A stretch of 61,177 nt of DNA, filler included, from Catajapyx aquilonaris (lineage: Eukaryota), in NCBI GenBank assembly GCA_000934665.2. It is 3 parts of 3 records of this genome, joined end to end, with 100 filler letters (N's around TTAATTAATTAA, not from the genome) between each part and the next. Parts side by side here need not be neighbours in the genome. Positions count along the whole stretch, not along the records: positions 1 to 20,333 come from JYFJ02006290.1; 2 more parts are not named here. One strand, 5' to 3'. This document shows, piece by piece, positions 1 through 13,674 of this stretch. The notes below the pieces were generated by a model, which saw only the letters and a list, made by a program, of their open reading frames with translations, was not told the DNA's origin and did not search any database. Positions within the stretch are counted from its first letter, which is position 1. Each line of letters opens with the position of its first letter. A program made the translations under genes and the position numbers.

Positions 1-1047
1 TTCATGTGCATAATTCATGATTTCTGGTTATGCCACTGTATTCCCCATCATCAGAAACCTCTAGATCCCAAAAATCTCGCCGATAGCACTAATGATAGCT
101 TCCTCAGGGCCTTCGTAAAGTGGTCCATTCTTGACCTTTTGACCCCTGTATCTCGAAAACGCTTGAGATCGAGGATTTCTCCAGAAGGGTGTTGTCCTTC
201 TAGCTGATATGGAACCCGAAAAAAAATATTTCACCTTGAACTTCGAGTGACACTTCGAGAGGTTCCCTAAGTCCAGAGGTGCACCTTGCTCGCACCCCCA
301 GGGGAGCCACCTGGGGGTGAGGGCACCCCAGGTTAAGAACCGCTTTTATAGGAGGATTCCACTGTACTCTATCAGTTACATTCACCTAAGCTTGTGTGAC
401 CTTGAACCCAAAAGAATGTATTCCTGGGGGCGGGGGTGTCTCTCTTCCCCGTCGCCCCTGGTGCCAAATCCTCTTCGTACGCCACTGCTACGAGCTACCT
501 CAAACGAGGTGCTAGCCACTGTTCACGTCTGTTCCAGACGTCCATCCCCTCATCACGGGGGAAATAGACGGGTTCGAAATGATGCAGTTTAATATAACCC
601 GCAAGGGCTAGATGTAATTTGTGCATTCAATGAGAGAGATCAGCTGTCAGCCTTTCCTTATAAGCTGCACGGCTTCTTCCCTATGAGGTTTATGCGACAA
701 TGGTGCGGTTGCATCACGTGCCAGGATGAAGGTAAAGTTGGTTGACCCCCCATCATGGGACATTAAGTCGGACCAGGATTGTCTGCAAATTATGGACCAC
801 TCGCAAGTGAGTTTCTTTAAATGGCGTTCAATCTCGCCATCTATACATTCAATATAATGAATAGTGAGTTGGAAAAGTACGGAGTTATCAGTTTTGTAAA
901 GGCTATGTAAGACTCGGGAATGGTGTACAAGTTCACAAATTGTGGCTCGGGTCCGAAAATAGTCCATTGTAATGCATCGGGTGCAATTAGTATTTCATTT
1001 ATTGCACCTCAAAAACATTAGGCACATAGCTACACTTTTACTATATT

Positions 1048-1362
1048 AACCGAATCAGTGGTAGCGGAGGGGATATGGTATCCGACTGCTAAATCGGGAG
1101 GTGCTGGGTTCGAATCCCGGTGGCCGCCGACCCTGACCGTGGTTTTCTGTGGGTTTCCCATGGTCTCACCAGGAAAATTCTGGGGTCGTGTCCGTAATTA
1201 TAGGCCACAGCCGCTTCCTTCCGTCCCTATCCCATCCCCATATACGAGAAGTAAAAATAAAAGCAAGAGTTCCAGATTTTTAGAAATATGGTGGTGTGGT
1301 ATCCCACCCCCCTAAGAGGGCCCATGGCTCTAGCACGGGATACAAATTATAAAAATTATTAT
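1048..1362 (+). mobile_element. tRNA-derived SINE (family A, copy 1)
   Basis: A-box-like GTGGTAGCGGAGGGG and B-box GGTTCGAATCCC. Body GGTTTTCTGTGGGTTTCCC...CCAGGAAAATT...GGCCACAGCCGCTTCCTTCC is shared with the copy at 2316-2616. ATT-rich tail. Confidence 0.85.
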
Positions 1363-2315
1363 CATACTTTAGCTAAATTTAATTTTTGTAGTAACCAGTT
1401 ATTTTCACAAAACCTGTGTGACTCCTCTTGTCCTACACCTCTCTATATCTTCAGAGTGCAAAAAAAAAAAGACTGTATAATGTTATAGGCCCAGAACAAT
1501 GCCACGCGTATTGGTGGCCCAACCATCACATAGCTAAAAGCTAAAAGTAAGGAAAATATTAGAGTCAACAGACTGCTTCTCCCGGACTTGAATCAGAATT
1601 TGCGGAGTTTAGAATGAAGGGCAATAGTTTCCCCGCCCACCCAGAGTTCAGTATTTCCACGCCGCAAATAAATCCCATGCCAAACACCTTTTCCTTTTAG
1701 AAAATTTCTCAGCGGAAGCCCACTTCATCGAAAAACCAATACACTCTCGTAAAGCAATCAGAAGATGGCAGTTCACATCATGCAATAAAGGTAAATACAC
1801 CACTTTTGAACGCTTCCTGTATGTACTTGCACTCGCAAATGATTTCAACAATCACGTGTGCCTTCCTAAATGTACTCTCCCACAGGCATTATTTGCTACA
1901 AAAGCCTGACATGATTGAAGTTCTGGTTGAAGGAAATCATCAGTCGCCTATTACTGTCTAAGGAATATATGCAAATTCGCAGGTTAATTTTCAGATGACA
2001 TACACAATCGGAGGCGGGAGTCCTCAAAGGAAGCGAAAAGATTTAGCAGTCAAATCAAGTCCTTTATCGGTAGGATGATGGGAAGATGGCAGGTGCAAAA
2101 TGAGATAATGTCGCCTCACCTGAGAACAAACAGGAAGTCCTTATTTTAGGAAATCCTGTTCAGCTGCATCATGTGCAATGTGCTGAGAAAATTATGTGGG
2201 CTTACCTTCCTACACCACACTTTACAACTTTTGGCCTTATGTCATGTTATTCTCTAGTTATAGGGTTATTGGGTATATGTAATCTGAAATGCGGATGTAA
2301 TTCTAATCGAAGTGT

Positions 2316-2616
2316 AAACCGAAGCAGTTTGGAGTAGGGGATGTGGTGTCCGACTGCTAATCGGGAGGTCCTGGGATCAAATCCCGGGGCCGGCAACTCT
2401 GACCGTGGTTTTCTGTGGTTTCCCACGCTCCTTCCAGGAAAATTCCGGAGTTGCTTCCGTAATTAATAGGCCACAGCCGCTTCCTTCCGTCCCTATCCTC
2501 TCCCAAAAAGCGCAGTAAAATGAAAGCAAAGAGTTCCAGGCAAAACAAAACTTCCCCCCTAAAGAGCCGATAGGCTGATAACGAACGGGGTATGAATTAT
2601 TATTATTTATTATTAT
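2316..2616 (+). mobile_element. tRNA-derived SINE (family A, copy 2) with 12-bp TSD
   Basis: Homologous to 1048-1362, (ATT)n tail, target-site duplication TAATCGAAGTGT at 2304-2315 and 2617-2628. Confidence 0.9.
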
Positions 2617-2846
2617 TAATCGAAGTGTTGGATTTAAACAAAAAGAGGAGTTAGAGCCGGGGATATATCGATACCAGCTTCATTAATAAATATTAGATGA
2701 GTCACTTAATTCACTTCTTCACGCCTGTTCCGGAATAAACTCCGAATTTGCCTCTAAGAAATTTATGTCTACCATTAGCCCTATTACGCAGAGCATACTC
2801 CATTAAGTCCTTTTTAAAGAATATCGGTGAAATATTCATCCCCGAG

Positions 2847-2936
2847 TTCGTCCCACTGCTAGTTAACTGCTAACTTAGCAGTGTCAGTGTTGGGGATGGT
2901 CACTTCTAAGTTAGCAGTAACTAGCAGTGGGACGAA
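2847..2936. repeat. Short inverted repeat / MITE remnant
   Basis: TTCGTCCCACTGCTAGTTAACTGCTAACTTAG ... CTAAGTTAGCAGTAACTAGCAGTGGGACGAA. Confidence 0.8.
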
Positions 2937-3134
2937 AATTCTCGGATGCGCGGGAAAAAGTGCACAAGTCAAAAAGATAATTTTTTGACTTATGCGCTTT
3001 TCCCCCCGAATGCGAGCATTCACCTCTATAAATAATCTACCTCAGTGATAAGACTCGGATTTGGGGGGAAAAGAGCGTAAGGAAAAAAAATTTATTTTTT
3101 GACTTATGCACTTTTTCCCGCGCATCCGAGAATT
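2937..3134. repeat. Double-hairpin inverted-repeat element (MITE-like)
   Basis: Termini AATTCTCGGATGCGCGGGAAAAAGTGCA / TGCACTTTTTCCCGCGCATCCGAGAATT; each half is itself an imperfect hairpin. Confidence 0.8.
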
Positions 3135-4804
3135 CTACCATATATACATGTTTTGCATTATTTTTAATTTAAAAAATAAGAATGATAGACTAAAGCTTTT
3201 CTGAATATACTGTAGATACACTCAATTCGTGGTTTTCGTCTGGACTCAGGACCCACGAAAAAACAGCGGATACCGGTACTGGAAAAAGAAGAATGCAGTA
3301 ACGATAAATCGAGGTTTCCCTATATATTTTTCATGCTCTGCGTCATCAGCTGCTGATAGATGCATTCCGAAGTTGTTCCAACCTAAAATTTATGTGACAG
3401 AAATTGTGGACAAAGAGCCCGAATCGTTTATGCACTGAACGTTGAACAAATATAAGGCGATTATTTTGGCAACTGTGTCTAAGTGCAAGTTGTCATAGAA
3501 ACATGCTCACATTGTGCATCAGAAAATCCTTGACAACTTGTATGATGCATGTAATCCCTTGCTTCTCGTGAATATGAACCCTCAGTTCTCACGCTACGCC
3601 TCTCGAAACGTTATACATATTCGCACATCGTGAGCTTTCCGTCCTTCGGGCATTATAAAGCAGATCACTGCCTGGTCTCCTCAAGTATATTGTCTCAGTG
3701 AAAGACAACGTTTAATGGGGGTAGATGGATAGATGAGACGAATCCGATACCTCAGATATGTTCATCTCGTATAAACACAACCAGATAACCTTACTATTAT
3801 AACTGACATTCATTATGTTTAATCTCCCGTGAATATTGGCCATCTTTCTTCAAAAGGTATAGATTCCACCTACCTGACAAATCTGAATCGCAAACGGCGA
3901 ATTGGCTAAAACACCTTTTGCATGCATCAGTAACATTCTTCACATATTGTAGCAGTAATGAGTCAAAAAGTACTGGTGCCTTGCTTTCTGTATCGACTTC
4001 TAAATGTGAAACAATAGGCATAATATTGCGATCCTTTCACAACAGTCTCCTTTATAATATATTCAAGCTCCATAAAAAAGAGGGCCTCAATTTATAGCGT
4101 ATATAGGCTACTGTATAGCACCTTACTGCACAGGCATTGCCCTTTCACATCATTCTGTTTCCAAGATAGCTAGTAAAGATCGGTTAGGTTTATAAGCCAT
4201 TAATCATAAAAACTTTAGACTTTGTGTAGCGCAATCTTTTGGTCAAACTTTTTCTTTATTCCCAGGTGGGTTACAGGAATAACTTCCGAATACTGTACCG
4301 TACTGTAAAATCAAGTTCAATAACGCTAACTCACGAGAAGAATATTTCTGTCGACATAAAGTTGAAAAAGGTTTGTTCTCAGATTTGAGTTTTCTTGATA
4401 AACTGTTTCCACTCCTAAACTATATACTCAATTTTGTCATCCTCATAATATATGCATTGTGGCGAAGGAATGACTGTTGGTGTGATACTCTTTTCGCTTT
4501 CAGGGTAAATACCTCCTGAAAATGGTCAATACGAATGCTTCCACTCAGTCTGAAATTAAAATTAATATTTTTCTGTCCTTTCCACAAATCTGGTGGTAAC
4601 ATTCGCTTTGTCACAACTACATTATGTGGATTGACATATTCGGGTCATGTGATCAACGCACTTTTATTAGCTTTCTCTGTCAGTTATGACGGTTATTTAT
4701 CAGCATTACCTATATCAGTTCTGGTTGGTCAACAGGAGATGTTGAGGATGTCATCCTTTGCAATGCATCATTTTTCCTCAGTTCTAACGTTGGCATAGGA
4801 TATA

Positions 4805-5053
4805 CAGGGTGCTCCAGATTCGTGGGTCACTTTTTGATCTGATATCACCCGATAGCAGTTATTTTTTGTAGCTTGTTGTGCCCCTAACCATGTGCTCCTT
4901 TCTATAGTACCTGCTATATTCGACACCCAGTGGTTCGAATATAGCAGTAGTTATAGAATGGGGCATATGGTTAGGGGCACAACAAGCTACAAAAAATAAC
5001 TGCTATCGGGTGATATCAGATCAAAAATTGACCCACAAATCTGGAACACCCTG
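4805..5053. mobile_element. Tc1/mariner-type MITE (CAGGGTG termini)
   Basis: TA-CAGGGTG...CACCCTG-TA; near-palindromic over its whole length. Confidence 0.9.
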
Positions 5054-5067
5054 TATTGCCAGACTTA

Positions 5068-5193
5068 GGGCCGGTTTCACCGAGCTTGGTATATGATAAA
5101 ACCAGGTTTCTTTAGGAAAATCCATACAAATAGATAGGGTTTTTGCTAAAGAACCGTGGTTTTATCATATACTGAGCTCGGTGAAACCGGACC
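5068..5193. mobile_element. PIF/Harbinger-type MITE, copy 1
   Basis: 126 bp, TIR GGGCCGGTTTCACCGAGCT, 3-bp TSD TTA; near-identical copy at 10091-10216. Confidence 0.9.
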
Positions 5194-5842
5194 TTACAAA
5201 AATCAGCTTCCAAAGCGGTTTGGCGGAACATACAATACACTTTACATTAAGAATGGTTACTCCCTAGGGACGCTAGAGTGCACCCAAATGTGTCGGTATT
5301 ACCGACTTCCGCCTGACAACGGTAGAAGCTGTCCTTCAAATTGCATATGCAGTCAGGCCCAATACTCTACTGTCCTGTAATAAAATCTGCACACCTAGGG
5401 TACAGTTTAAATTACGAATTGCTACCGTAGTGTAATAAAAATATGTTTGGGATTTTTAATTTAATCCTTATATTTAATATTTATTTAATAATTTGAAACC
5501 GCGGATAACGAGACCGTGGGTAACCGAGGGCCGACTGTAACTTCAGAGCATCTCGGTATAATAGGGATAGTGTTTGAAGTTTATATTTAAAAATTCCAGG
5601 GAATTTTAGTTTCTAGTTCAACATTTGCCTCAGTTTTATATCAAAATAAAATGCACATAAATTGGGAGAAACATACAGTATTGATGTATTACGAAGAGGT
5701 TATTCATTCATTTGCTCATGTTTGAAGACTTTACCTGCCATTTCCAGATTTGGGAGGGACAGAGAAAGGTTGAAAGCCTAAAATCGGGCATATCTATTTA
5801 TATATGAGTTAAATACAATTTTAACTACAGTACATGCATTCT

Positions 5843-6130
5843 AGCCGGCCTTGGTGGACTAGTGGTTAGCGCGCTCGCCTCTGGTCACAAGGTTGTGGGT
5901 TCGAACCCGGCCGAGGTCGGTGACTTTTCTCCGGGTGGTAGAAAAGTGAGAGTGCGCCTTCCTTCGGAGGGGAAGTAAAGCCGTCGGTTCCGTGTGTTTG
6001 TGACATTGCGCGAGTGCACGTTAAAGATCCCCAGAGTGGCCAAATTTCCAGGAGGAGGACCACCCCCTGGCGTCGGTGTTGAGCCTTAGAGGCAGAAATA
6101 GGCCGACGTTAAGCCCCACTGAACCCAGTA
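5843..6130 (+). mobile_element. tRNA-derived SINE with Deu/Nin-like central domain, 12-bp TSD
   Basis: A-box TGGTGGACTAGTGG and B-box GGTTCGAACCC. Central CCTTCGGAGGGGAAGTAAAGCCG...GCACGTTAAAGATCCC. TSD TACATGCATTCT at 5831-5842 and 6131-6142. Confidence 0.9.
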
Positions 6131-9100
6131 TACATGCATTCTTGAATAGAAAGATCGTTTGCTGTCTTGTTTTATCTTTCAGTATTAATAAGAATACCTA
6201 ACAAGCACACAACGCTGGTGGAAAAGCAATAAACAAAACTTTGACCAAACGGCGACCATATATAACTTAACTCAGCCCATAACTTTTTTGGATGGAATCA
6301 ATCGAATATTTGTTCCATGATTACTTGCCACAGCAGCTATAGCAAAAGAAGCCGAACAATTATTACGAAAGTGAGAAAAAACAGCCTGCTTTTTTCGAAG
6401 TATTGACGTTGGCTACAATACATATTGTTTGGAATAACTCTACGTGGGAAGCAAACCTAGATTGAATTCTCTGCTGGACACATTAATCTAGTTTAAAATA
6501 TCCGCCTAGAAAAGTTTCCGAGTAATCTTGAAGTAAGGTCAGTACTTTCTGGAAATTATTTATTGTAGCCTACTTGGCAACAAATACATGTTGAAGTTTT
6601 GCAGCATGCATACGCCAGCTTCATCTTCGCACTACAACTTACAATCTTACAATTTTACAAAATATCATGACAAATATTGAACTACACAGCCTTATGGCGC
6701 CTATGCTGCACTGACAGTGTAAACGGCAAATAAAAACACCTACACGTAGTGTACCTGGACTCATGTCATTAACGCTGTGACATCTACGAAAATGAAATTC
6801 TAGGATACTAAGCCTCGAAATGAGCGCAAATCATACCCAAGACAGCAACAAGTGCATTAGTTGTAATGACAAAAGGAATTACTGCAAAATTTAATAAGCC
6901 CTCCGGGTTGATGCGCATAATAATGACGTTCGGCACGACATTTGGCCACGAAGTCTACGAACACACTTTAGGACTTTTCAAGGGAAAGTGAGAGGCGTGG
7001 AAACGGCTTATTTGTCTTTTTGTCACGCATCAGCCCCTACTTGTACCAATACTAATTTCGATTCTGTTTCATCACGTGCAATGAACCCTTGCCTAATGGC
7101 ATCACTTTCAATAATCTCATTTCAATTGGACACGTGTGATGAAAGGTCACAAGAGGTTTCCATTATTTAAACTACTGCACGTACTGTACAGTAGAATCGT
7201 CTTAATTTCATCACAGATACTCCATACTCCACATTGCCAAATTCCAAACCCGTAATCTAATCGACTTATCCGAATAATTGCATTATATGCAATTAAGCGA
7301 GTTTTGCTAATCCCTCTTTTATTCCAAATACTATACCGAATTTAATTTTATTCCGCTCATTAAAATATATTCCATATTTAGCAGACTGTGGTGTAGGAGC
7401 CAGGCACCCAAACTGCCATATTTCTCAAGCTGGCCACCTATACAGCGTACCTGCTTGTTGCCATTAACAATTCCAATAGCCTGCAATACCAAGTGGAAAA
7501 TGCTGCGTTGAGTGACACTCTGGGAGCTTCATACGACTCCAATTGAATTTTGATGCCTCTTTTCTTTCGCCATCCTCCTTTTCTCCCCACCTTCCAAATA
7601 GTGTCCGAAACGACCATCCCACATCATATCTTGGTCCCTCACTATTCCCTTAGCTTGCTTATACACACTCTGTCAAAAAAAACAACTTCTATATTAACCC
7701 AGATATGCCTAGCGTCCTATATATAGGACACTTGTAGGCGTTATATTTGCTAGTTTAAAATATTTAAAACTGATAGTTATTTGTTAATATGTTTTAGGAT
7801 TTCATTATTGAATCCAGAGTTTGGCTTTGGCAGCAGTGGGTAGTGTCGTAGGCAAAGAAGGTCATTGTGGGGGTGGATAAAGAAGTGCAAGTTGCGAGCG
7901 TTGAACGTCATGGATTTTAGGTGGAGCCCACGCAGAGTAGTAATCGGACATGTAGGTTATGTCGGTACGGTACCCGTGATTGATATCATGCGAGTTGGCG
8001 GGGGTGTCGACGTCACAGGATGTGGTGGCCAATGAGGCGTCTGCGCCGCCTGCGATTGGCGGCGGGAGGACACAGGTGACACGGACAAGAGGCAAGTGGC
8101 AGCAGGTGAGCACCCACTTTGCCTCCTCCTTTTTCGGCCTGTGTTGCTGCGGCTCAGCGTGCCAAAGAGCCTCTTCCATTTCCACCACGGTAAGGTGCAC
8201 AACTCTTTCTATCTCACTTCTCATTACCTGCAATTGTCTTCTAATACTATATCGTCCAACTTGTGTAGCATACATAGCTATTTAACAGTTCATGTTCTGC
8301 AACATAATATGCTCCATTCAGAGTTTTTTTTTAATGAGAGATTCTCAAGCACATAGTTGTGGGTGTAATTATCTGCAGATGACTACTTGTAACCAGAGAG
8401 TCAGATATTAGAGAGTGCAACTATGTGAAGTCCTCATGCAGAATGATTAGAATTTCATTTTAGTCGGAGTTGGGCATTGCGTAGTATAGGGTTTGACGCA
8501 TACTTTGATGGTCAAGTTGGTTTCCTGTAGAGCAATTAGTTTCTTGGATAGCTTGGAAAAAATGGGACTCGCATATAAGGGATATGCAGTCTTCAAACGT
8601 TCCAAATCGTTCCAATGAGTTAATTTTATGAGGAATATTTGCTATTTACACTATATCAGTAATTTCAAAATGAAGACCTGAAATTCAGAACGATTATAGT
8701 CACATTCGACTGATTTTTGGCTAAGGTTTGAAGAATGCTGATTGCATTATTACTAAAGGGATAATAATTTTTCAAATGTATCTTTAGGAGGCTGTAATTT
8801 TTCCATCGGAATACGGACGTGATCATCAGATCACATTGGAGAACTATATATTATGAAGTAATTCTTCACTCATTTTAGCCCAAATGTGACTTATTGCTAC
8901 TTCTCCATTTAATGTCTTCATTTTTATAATTCCGATCGTTAAAACGGGCGCCTTATGAGTTTATAAGATTTCTATTTCTTACGAAGAAAGTTAACTACTC
9001 ACTTGCTGTCTAAAAATTGTACAACTGTTCTTGTGCAGAAATTTTGTACCAACCTTGTGTCTTTAGTAGATTACATGATTGAGAGGTTGTCTAGCGTGAC

Positions 9101-9673
9101 AGATTGCGTGTTTTAATAAACTAATTGTAGGGAAGGTCTGCACCATATTAGAAAGTATACAAGCTTTGACACATGATCACTCAGTTTTATCACCAGAAAA
9201 TAATGATAACAGTGTCAATTTTTTTATCATTCTTAGTTTTTACTGTTTATTATTGACGTTTGGCAAATCTTAGACGGTAAGGGTGATGGAAGGTGTGTCG
9301 CTTAGGAAGTTGGCAGGTCTGCAATAAATTACCGCAATGCATGAAGACATGTATTGCCCTATCTAGTATAAGAGACATGTCCGCAAGAACATGTTTACTG
9401 TACTTACAGGGCAGAAACAGTTTGCAGATTAAACGGCGAGTTTTTCATTCACTAATTTAGTTGCTGAAAAGTCAAAGCGATTTTGGTCATTTCATTCCTG
9501 TTGTATATGGAAGGAAATGGTCCAAAATTAGAAGCTAGATATAGTCATATCCCAAGATCTTCTCCCGCTTTCTAGTGCAGTAATTGTTCACCTCCCCAGC
9601 CTCGTAATCGACATGTCGAGGGCAGCAAGGGAGGCAGCCTCTTCTGGCTTATTCACTGATGTAATAATAAGTA

Positions 9674-10527
9674 TAGTTTTTAGGCACGAATAAACCCCGA
9701 AATAGGCACAAAAAACCCTCAAATAGGCACTTAATAGTCACAAAATTGTTACTTTTTCGGGCGTATGGAGGATAATGTTACAGAAAATAAAAAAGCTAGA
9801 ATAATTATTTTATAGGCCTAAAGTATAAATATAAGGTCACAAACCATAGCAAAAACCGAATAACTACGATAAACTGACGCAGGAAATCACGAAACTTGGG
9901 CAAAAGACATTTTCCCAGCATTTAAACGGCATTAAAAGGCATTGGACCAGCAAGTATCACTTCCTCTGGACTCTAACGCTTATAGCCAGTTTCCACTTGC
10001 ACAATATGTTTTCTATTAGAAAAATATTTGGCATACGCGCCAGGGAAACATGATGCGTAGTATTACTTCTGAACGATTTTGGTCCTCTCAGGGCCGGTTT
10101 CACCGAGCTTGGTATATGATAAAACCAGGTTTCTTTAGGAAAATCCATACAAATAGATAGGGTTTTTGCTAATGAACACTGGTTTTATCATATACTGAGC
10201 TCGGTGAAACCGGCCCTCAGTAGCACACAAAATACTCCGTAAAAAACCAAACATGCCTCTGAAGAAATAGGTCCGTAATAGGCCCAAAAAGGTCCTACAT
10301 TACTGCAAAAAGTTCAAAAACTATCCCCAAAAAAGGCCAAATAGGCATGAAAAGTCGCAAAAAGGCAGAATAGGCAAAATCGTTCCCATAACCACGAAAT
10401 ATGCCATTTTAGGCACTATAAACATTTTCTACATCTTGCAATTATATGAAACGGATAGATCTCTTCACAAAACCATCCCAACTGTTGAGAAACTAAATAG
10501 GCATTTGCCTAAAAAATCCAGACTCTA
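9674..10527. mobile_element. Non-autonomous DNA transposon remnant (hAT-like) with AATAGGC subterminal motifs
   Basis: Repeated AATAGGCA/TAGGC motifs at both ends; right end GCCTAAAAAATCCAGACTCTA (TAG terminus on the minus strand); interrupted by the MITE at 10091. Confidence 0.45.
10091..10216. mobile_element. PIF/Harbinger-type MITE, copy 2
   Basis: GGGCCGGTTTCACC...GGTGAAACCGGCCC with 3-bp TSD TCA. Confidence 0.9.
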
Positions 10528-10531
10528 GTAA

Positions 10532-10650
10532 TCTATACAGTATCTATAAATAAGGATGTTTGAGAGTTTGTTTGTTTGTCCCTTATAGAAATCCAGGGTA
10601 AGGCCCATACACCGCCTTAATCTAGCTCATAGTAGGGGGTTACATTTTTC
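10532..10650 (+). mobile_element. Helitron 5' end fragment
   Basis: A|TCTATA...TATCTATAAATAAGG...GTTTGTCCCTTATAGAAATCCAGGG...TACACCGCCTTAA matches the 5' end of the Helitron at 56747-57606. Confidence 0.7.
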
Positions 10651-13600
10651 TATAGGAATTTAACGCCGCATGTTTTAGCTCCCGAAAATGAGCCTAACTC
10701 CCACAACATCCGTAACTCCACTAATTGCGCACTTTAACAATACAGTATTACCACATTTCAAATTTCCATGGAGATGTCCTCACTACAGAGTAATTCGTGA
10801 GATTTTGAAGACAAGAATGGGGACTGTTGGCTACTGTTTTTGTTTGTGAGCATTTCCAAGGAAACTCAAAAAGGTGAGCAGTTCCAGAATTGCATTGTCG
10901 TGGCACCAGTGATCATTTTACAGGTAATGAAAAACTTCGGCTTATTGCTTTCAATAACTACTCCATGACCCATAAGTACAGTTTTAAGGCGGTGTAGGGC
11001 AGCGGCGCAGCCAGGAAATTTGTAAGGGGGGTGTTATGTGAGGGAAGAAAAATTTGTATGCTGTTCAAGCTCACACGAGCTACAATATTTGCGCATGTGC
11101 GTTTTAACACCTTAAAATAATTGCGGATTGGAACTATATTTTTTGGGTCCCCCCCCCTGCCGAGCTTAATTTTGGCACAATCAATTAAGCAAAGGATATA
11201 TTGTGTGGTAATGAGAGGAGCAGTGAAATACAATAGGGACCGTACGGATATGTGGTTTCATATCTAAAAATGAGCATAACGTGCCAAAAAAAACCCAAAT
11301 CGTATTCGTAAATATTGCAGCTCCAATTATACGGGACATTAATACGCCGGACAGAAGTTATTCACAAAGTTCTCTGGCCCTTGTGAACTGCAAAGAATAA
11401 TATCGTGCTACTTCCCCAGTGGTCCTTTTGTGTTGCAAAGTGGTTCATGAATCCCCAATGTGTTCCTGAGACCTTTTGAGATAAAGTTAATCCTCTTTGA
11501 CGCATCGATTACAGATAAACGTGTCGGGCTGCAATTATTACATACGCCCTCAACGAACAGGGCATTTTAGTTTTTAGATACCTGCTCCGAGTAAGTGACG
11601 AAATCATTTCCACAAAAATTCATAAGTTTATATACAAGTTATATACAGTCATAGTAAAACAAATTGTAACATTACAATGTCACCAAATATGTTCTCTGCG
11701 TAATACAGTTCATTCAGAGAGAAGAGAAAATAAATGTGGTATTGCTACAAATGTTTTGACCTCACAAAAAGTTAATAGACCTTTGGTGATAAGTCATTAA
11801 AGCGCATGAAAAATCCAAAAACATCACTCGGCTCTCATTAACGATTCAATCCACTAGTTCTGGGCTGACTTAGGTACCGGTATGTTTACAAGCTCGCGAG
11901 AACCGGTGTTTTAGACAGAATTTGCGACTTTCAAGCGCGGGCGAGAAGTCAACGTACGAATGGGGTGAGAGGATTTGCATTCTCATTCCCACGACTGATT
12001 CAGGCGCGAGTGTGAATACACCTTAACACGCAGAGCGGTGGAAAATCCTAACCGAATATCGCACAAACTTCAGTTTGTGACGACTTAAAATGCGCAAGTA
12101 TTATAGTGGGCCTGCATTATTGTCAGTAGTGCGAGTTATAGAAAAGTTCGAGACAGAGAGTTGATCTTTATTACTTTACATTTGTGCCAACCAATTATTC
12201 TGTAATTTTTTTTGCCTTAATGAAGGGCTGACTGCTAAAAAAATTATATCCAAAATAATCGATATTGAGTTAATTTCATATTCATAGACACGTCGATCCC
12301 CTGATTCTACAATCCTTTTAACCAGCAGTTAATAGCCAAGGGCAACTGGTTGGTCTATAATTTTTCCACAGTTTCTCAATTATATCAAGCAAAGTACTTG
12401 ATGTATCAGAGTTAGCAAGTGAAAAAATGCAGTACAAGCTAAGTATTAGGCCTTATATACTATTCGAGGTTTCCCTCGATTCTCTCAGATATGTCAAAGT
12501 TGATATAAATTTTCTGCTGTCAATCCCTTCTTACGAATAACTTAGGCTTGTGGATATTCAGTTAAGAAGTTCCACTCTAAAAAGGTCTACTGTCTATAGG
12601 AAATAACCGTATAAAATCTATGGCATACTGTTTCTTTGGATGCTGTCATAAGAGTAGGCATACTCTTAGCCAGTGTTGTAATGGAGTAATGGAGAGGAAC
12701 AGGACCTTATGGTATCTCTGAAACTCGTGTTAATATAAATGACTTGATTAAAACCCTTTCAAAACCTTTTAAAGTAGTTACAGCCTACCTATTAAATTTG
12801 TAAATGAATATTGCCCTCATGTAAACGATCGAGTTCAACGACACGAGTAACCACGGATGATCTAGGGAAAGGATTGATAGAATCAATGAGAGTTAAGTGA
12901 GCAAATTCTGTGAAAGAAAGTGCACTGTTTAAAGACGCGACTGGAAGATAAAGTAGGAACAAAAGCAAGAGAAAGTTTTCCACGGGCCAGCCAACAATAA
13001 TTTGAATCTGGTCTTGGCAGATGATTGAATGTGCTGGTGGGAGGAGTGGCAGATCCGGACTTGATTCCCCGCTGATTGTCGCAATCCGGAAAACAGTGTT
13101 GACTTCCCCCACTCTTCCTCCGAATGCAGATGAGCACAGCAAACAAACCGGTGGGAACGGGGAAAAAACGGCCCTCGAGACAAATGAACCGGGGGCAAAT
13201 CTGGCACCAAAATTCCTCTTTTTTTTGCCCCCCCACTTTCTTTGTCTTCCTAACTCTTTTCTCCGCAGTCAGTGTCAACCCCGCGAGCGACTCAGCCGGG
13301 CATAATGAAGTTGGCGTCTAATTTAACAAGTCAAATATGGCGGGCCTTGTCGCCCTAGACAAACGCAATTAACGGGCTTTCTTTTCTCCCTGGCGCCTAA
13401 TTTTCCCACAAGCGGCTCTGATCCACCTTACACCTCCTATCAAAAGGGCCCCGTATTAACCAGAGGGATTCTCTGGACAACAGTCCCCCATCCATCTTTG
13501 ACACCTGCAAAAATAGCACCTCCCTTCCTCGGGAAATCGCGTTCTCATTAGAGCCCTTCCTATCTCCATTGTTGCGACGCCCACGCCTTTGTTTCAGCCG

Positions 13601-13660
13601 GCCATTAGTCAGTCCGGTATCTCGGAGAGGAATTTTCCTTCGTTGCCCGCCAGGGATTCA

Positions 13661-13674
13661 TCACTAGATGGCGC
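13661..13674 (+). promoter_or_regulatory. CTCF-like motif
   Basis: TCACTAGATGGCGC resembles the CCACYAGRKGGCRC consensus; it lies in a unique GC-richer block. Confidence 0.45.

Noticed and set aside
1058..1130. SINE heads as functional tRNA genes (also 5844-5915 and 51510-51585)
   Set aside because: Acceptor stems do not pair and each continues into a SINE body with a tail and/or TSD
3300..4800. Protein-like short minus-strand ORFs (also 647-967 and 6850-7170)
   Set aside because: Possibly decayed transposon ORFs, but no recognisable domain; BLASTX needed
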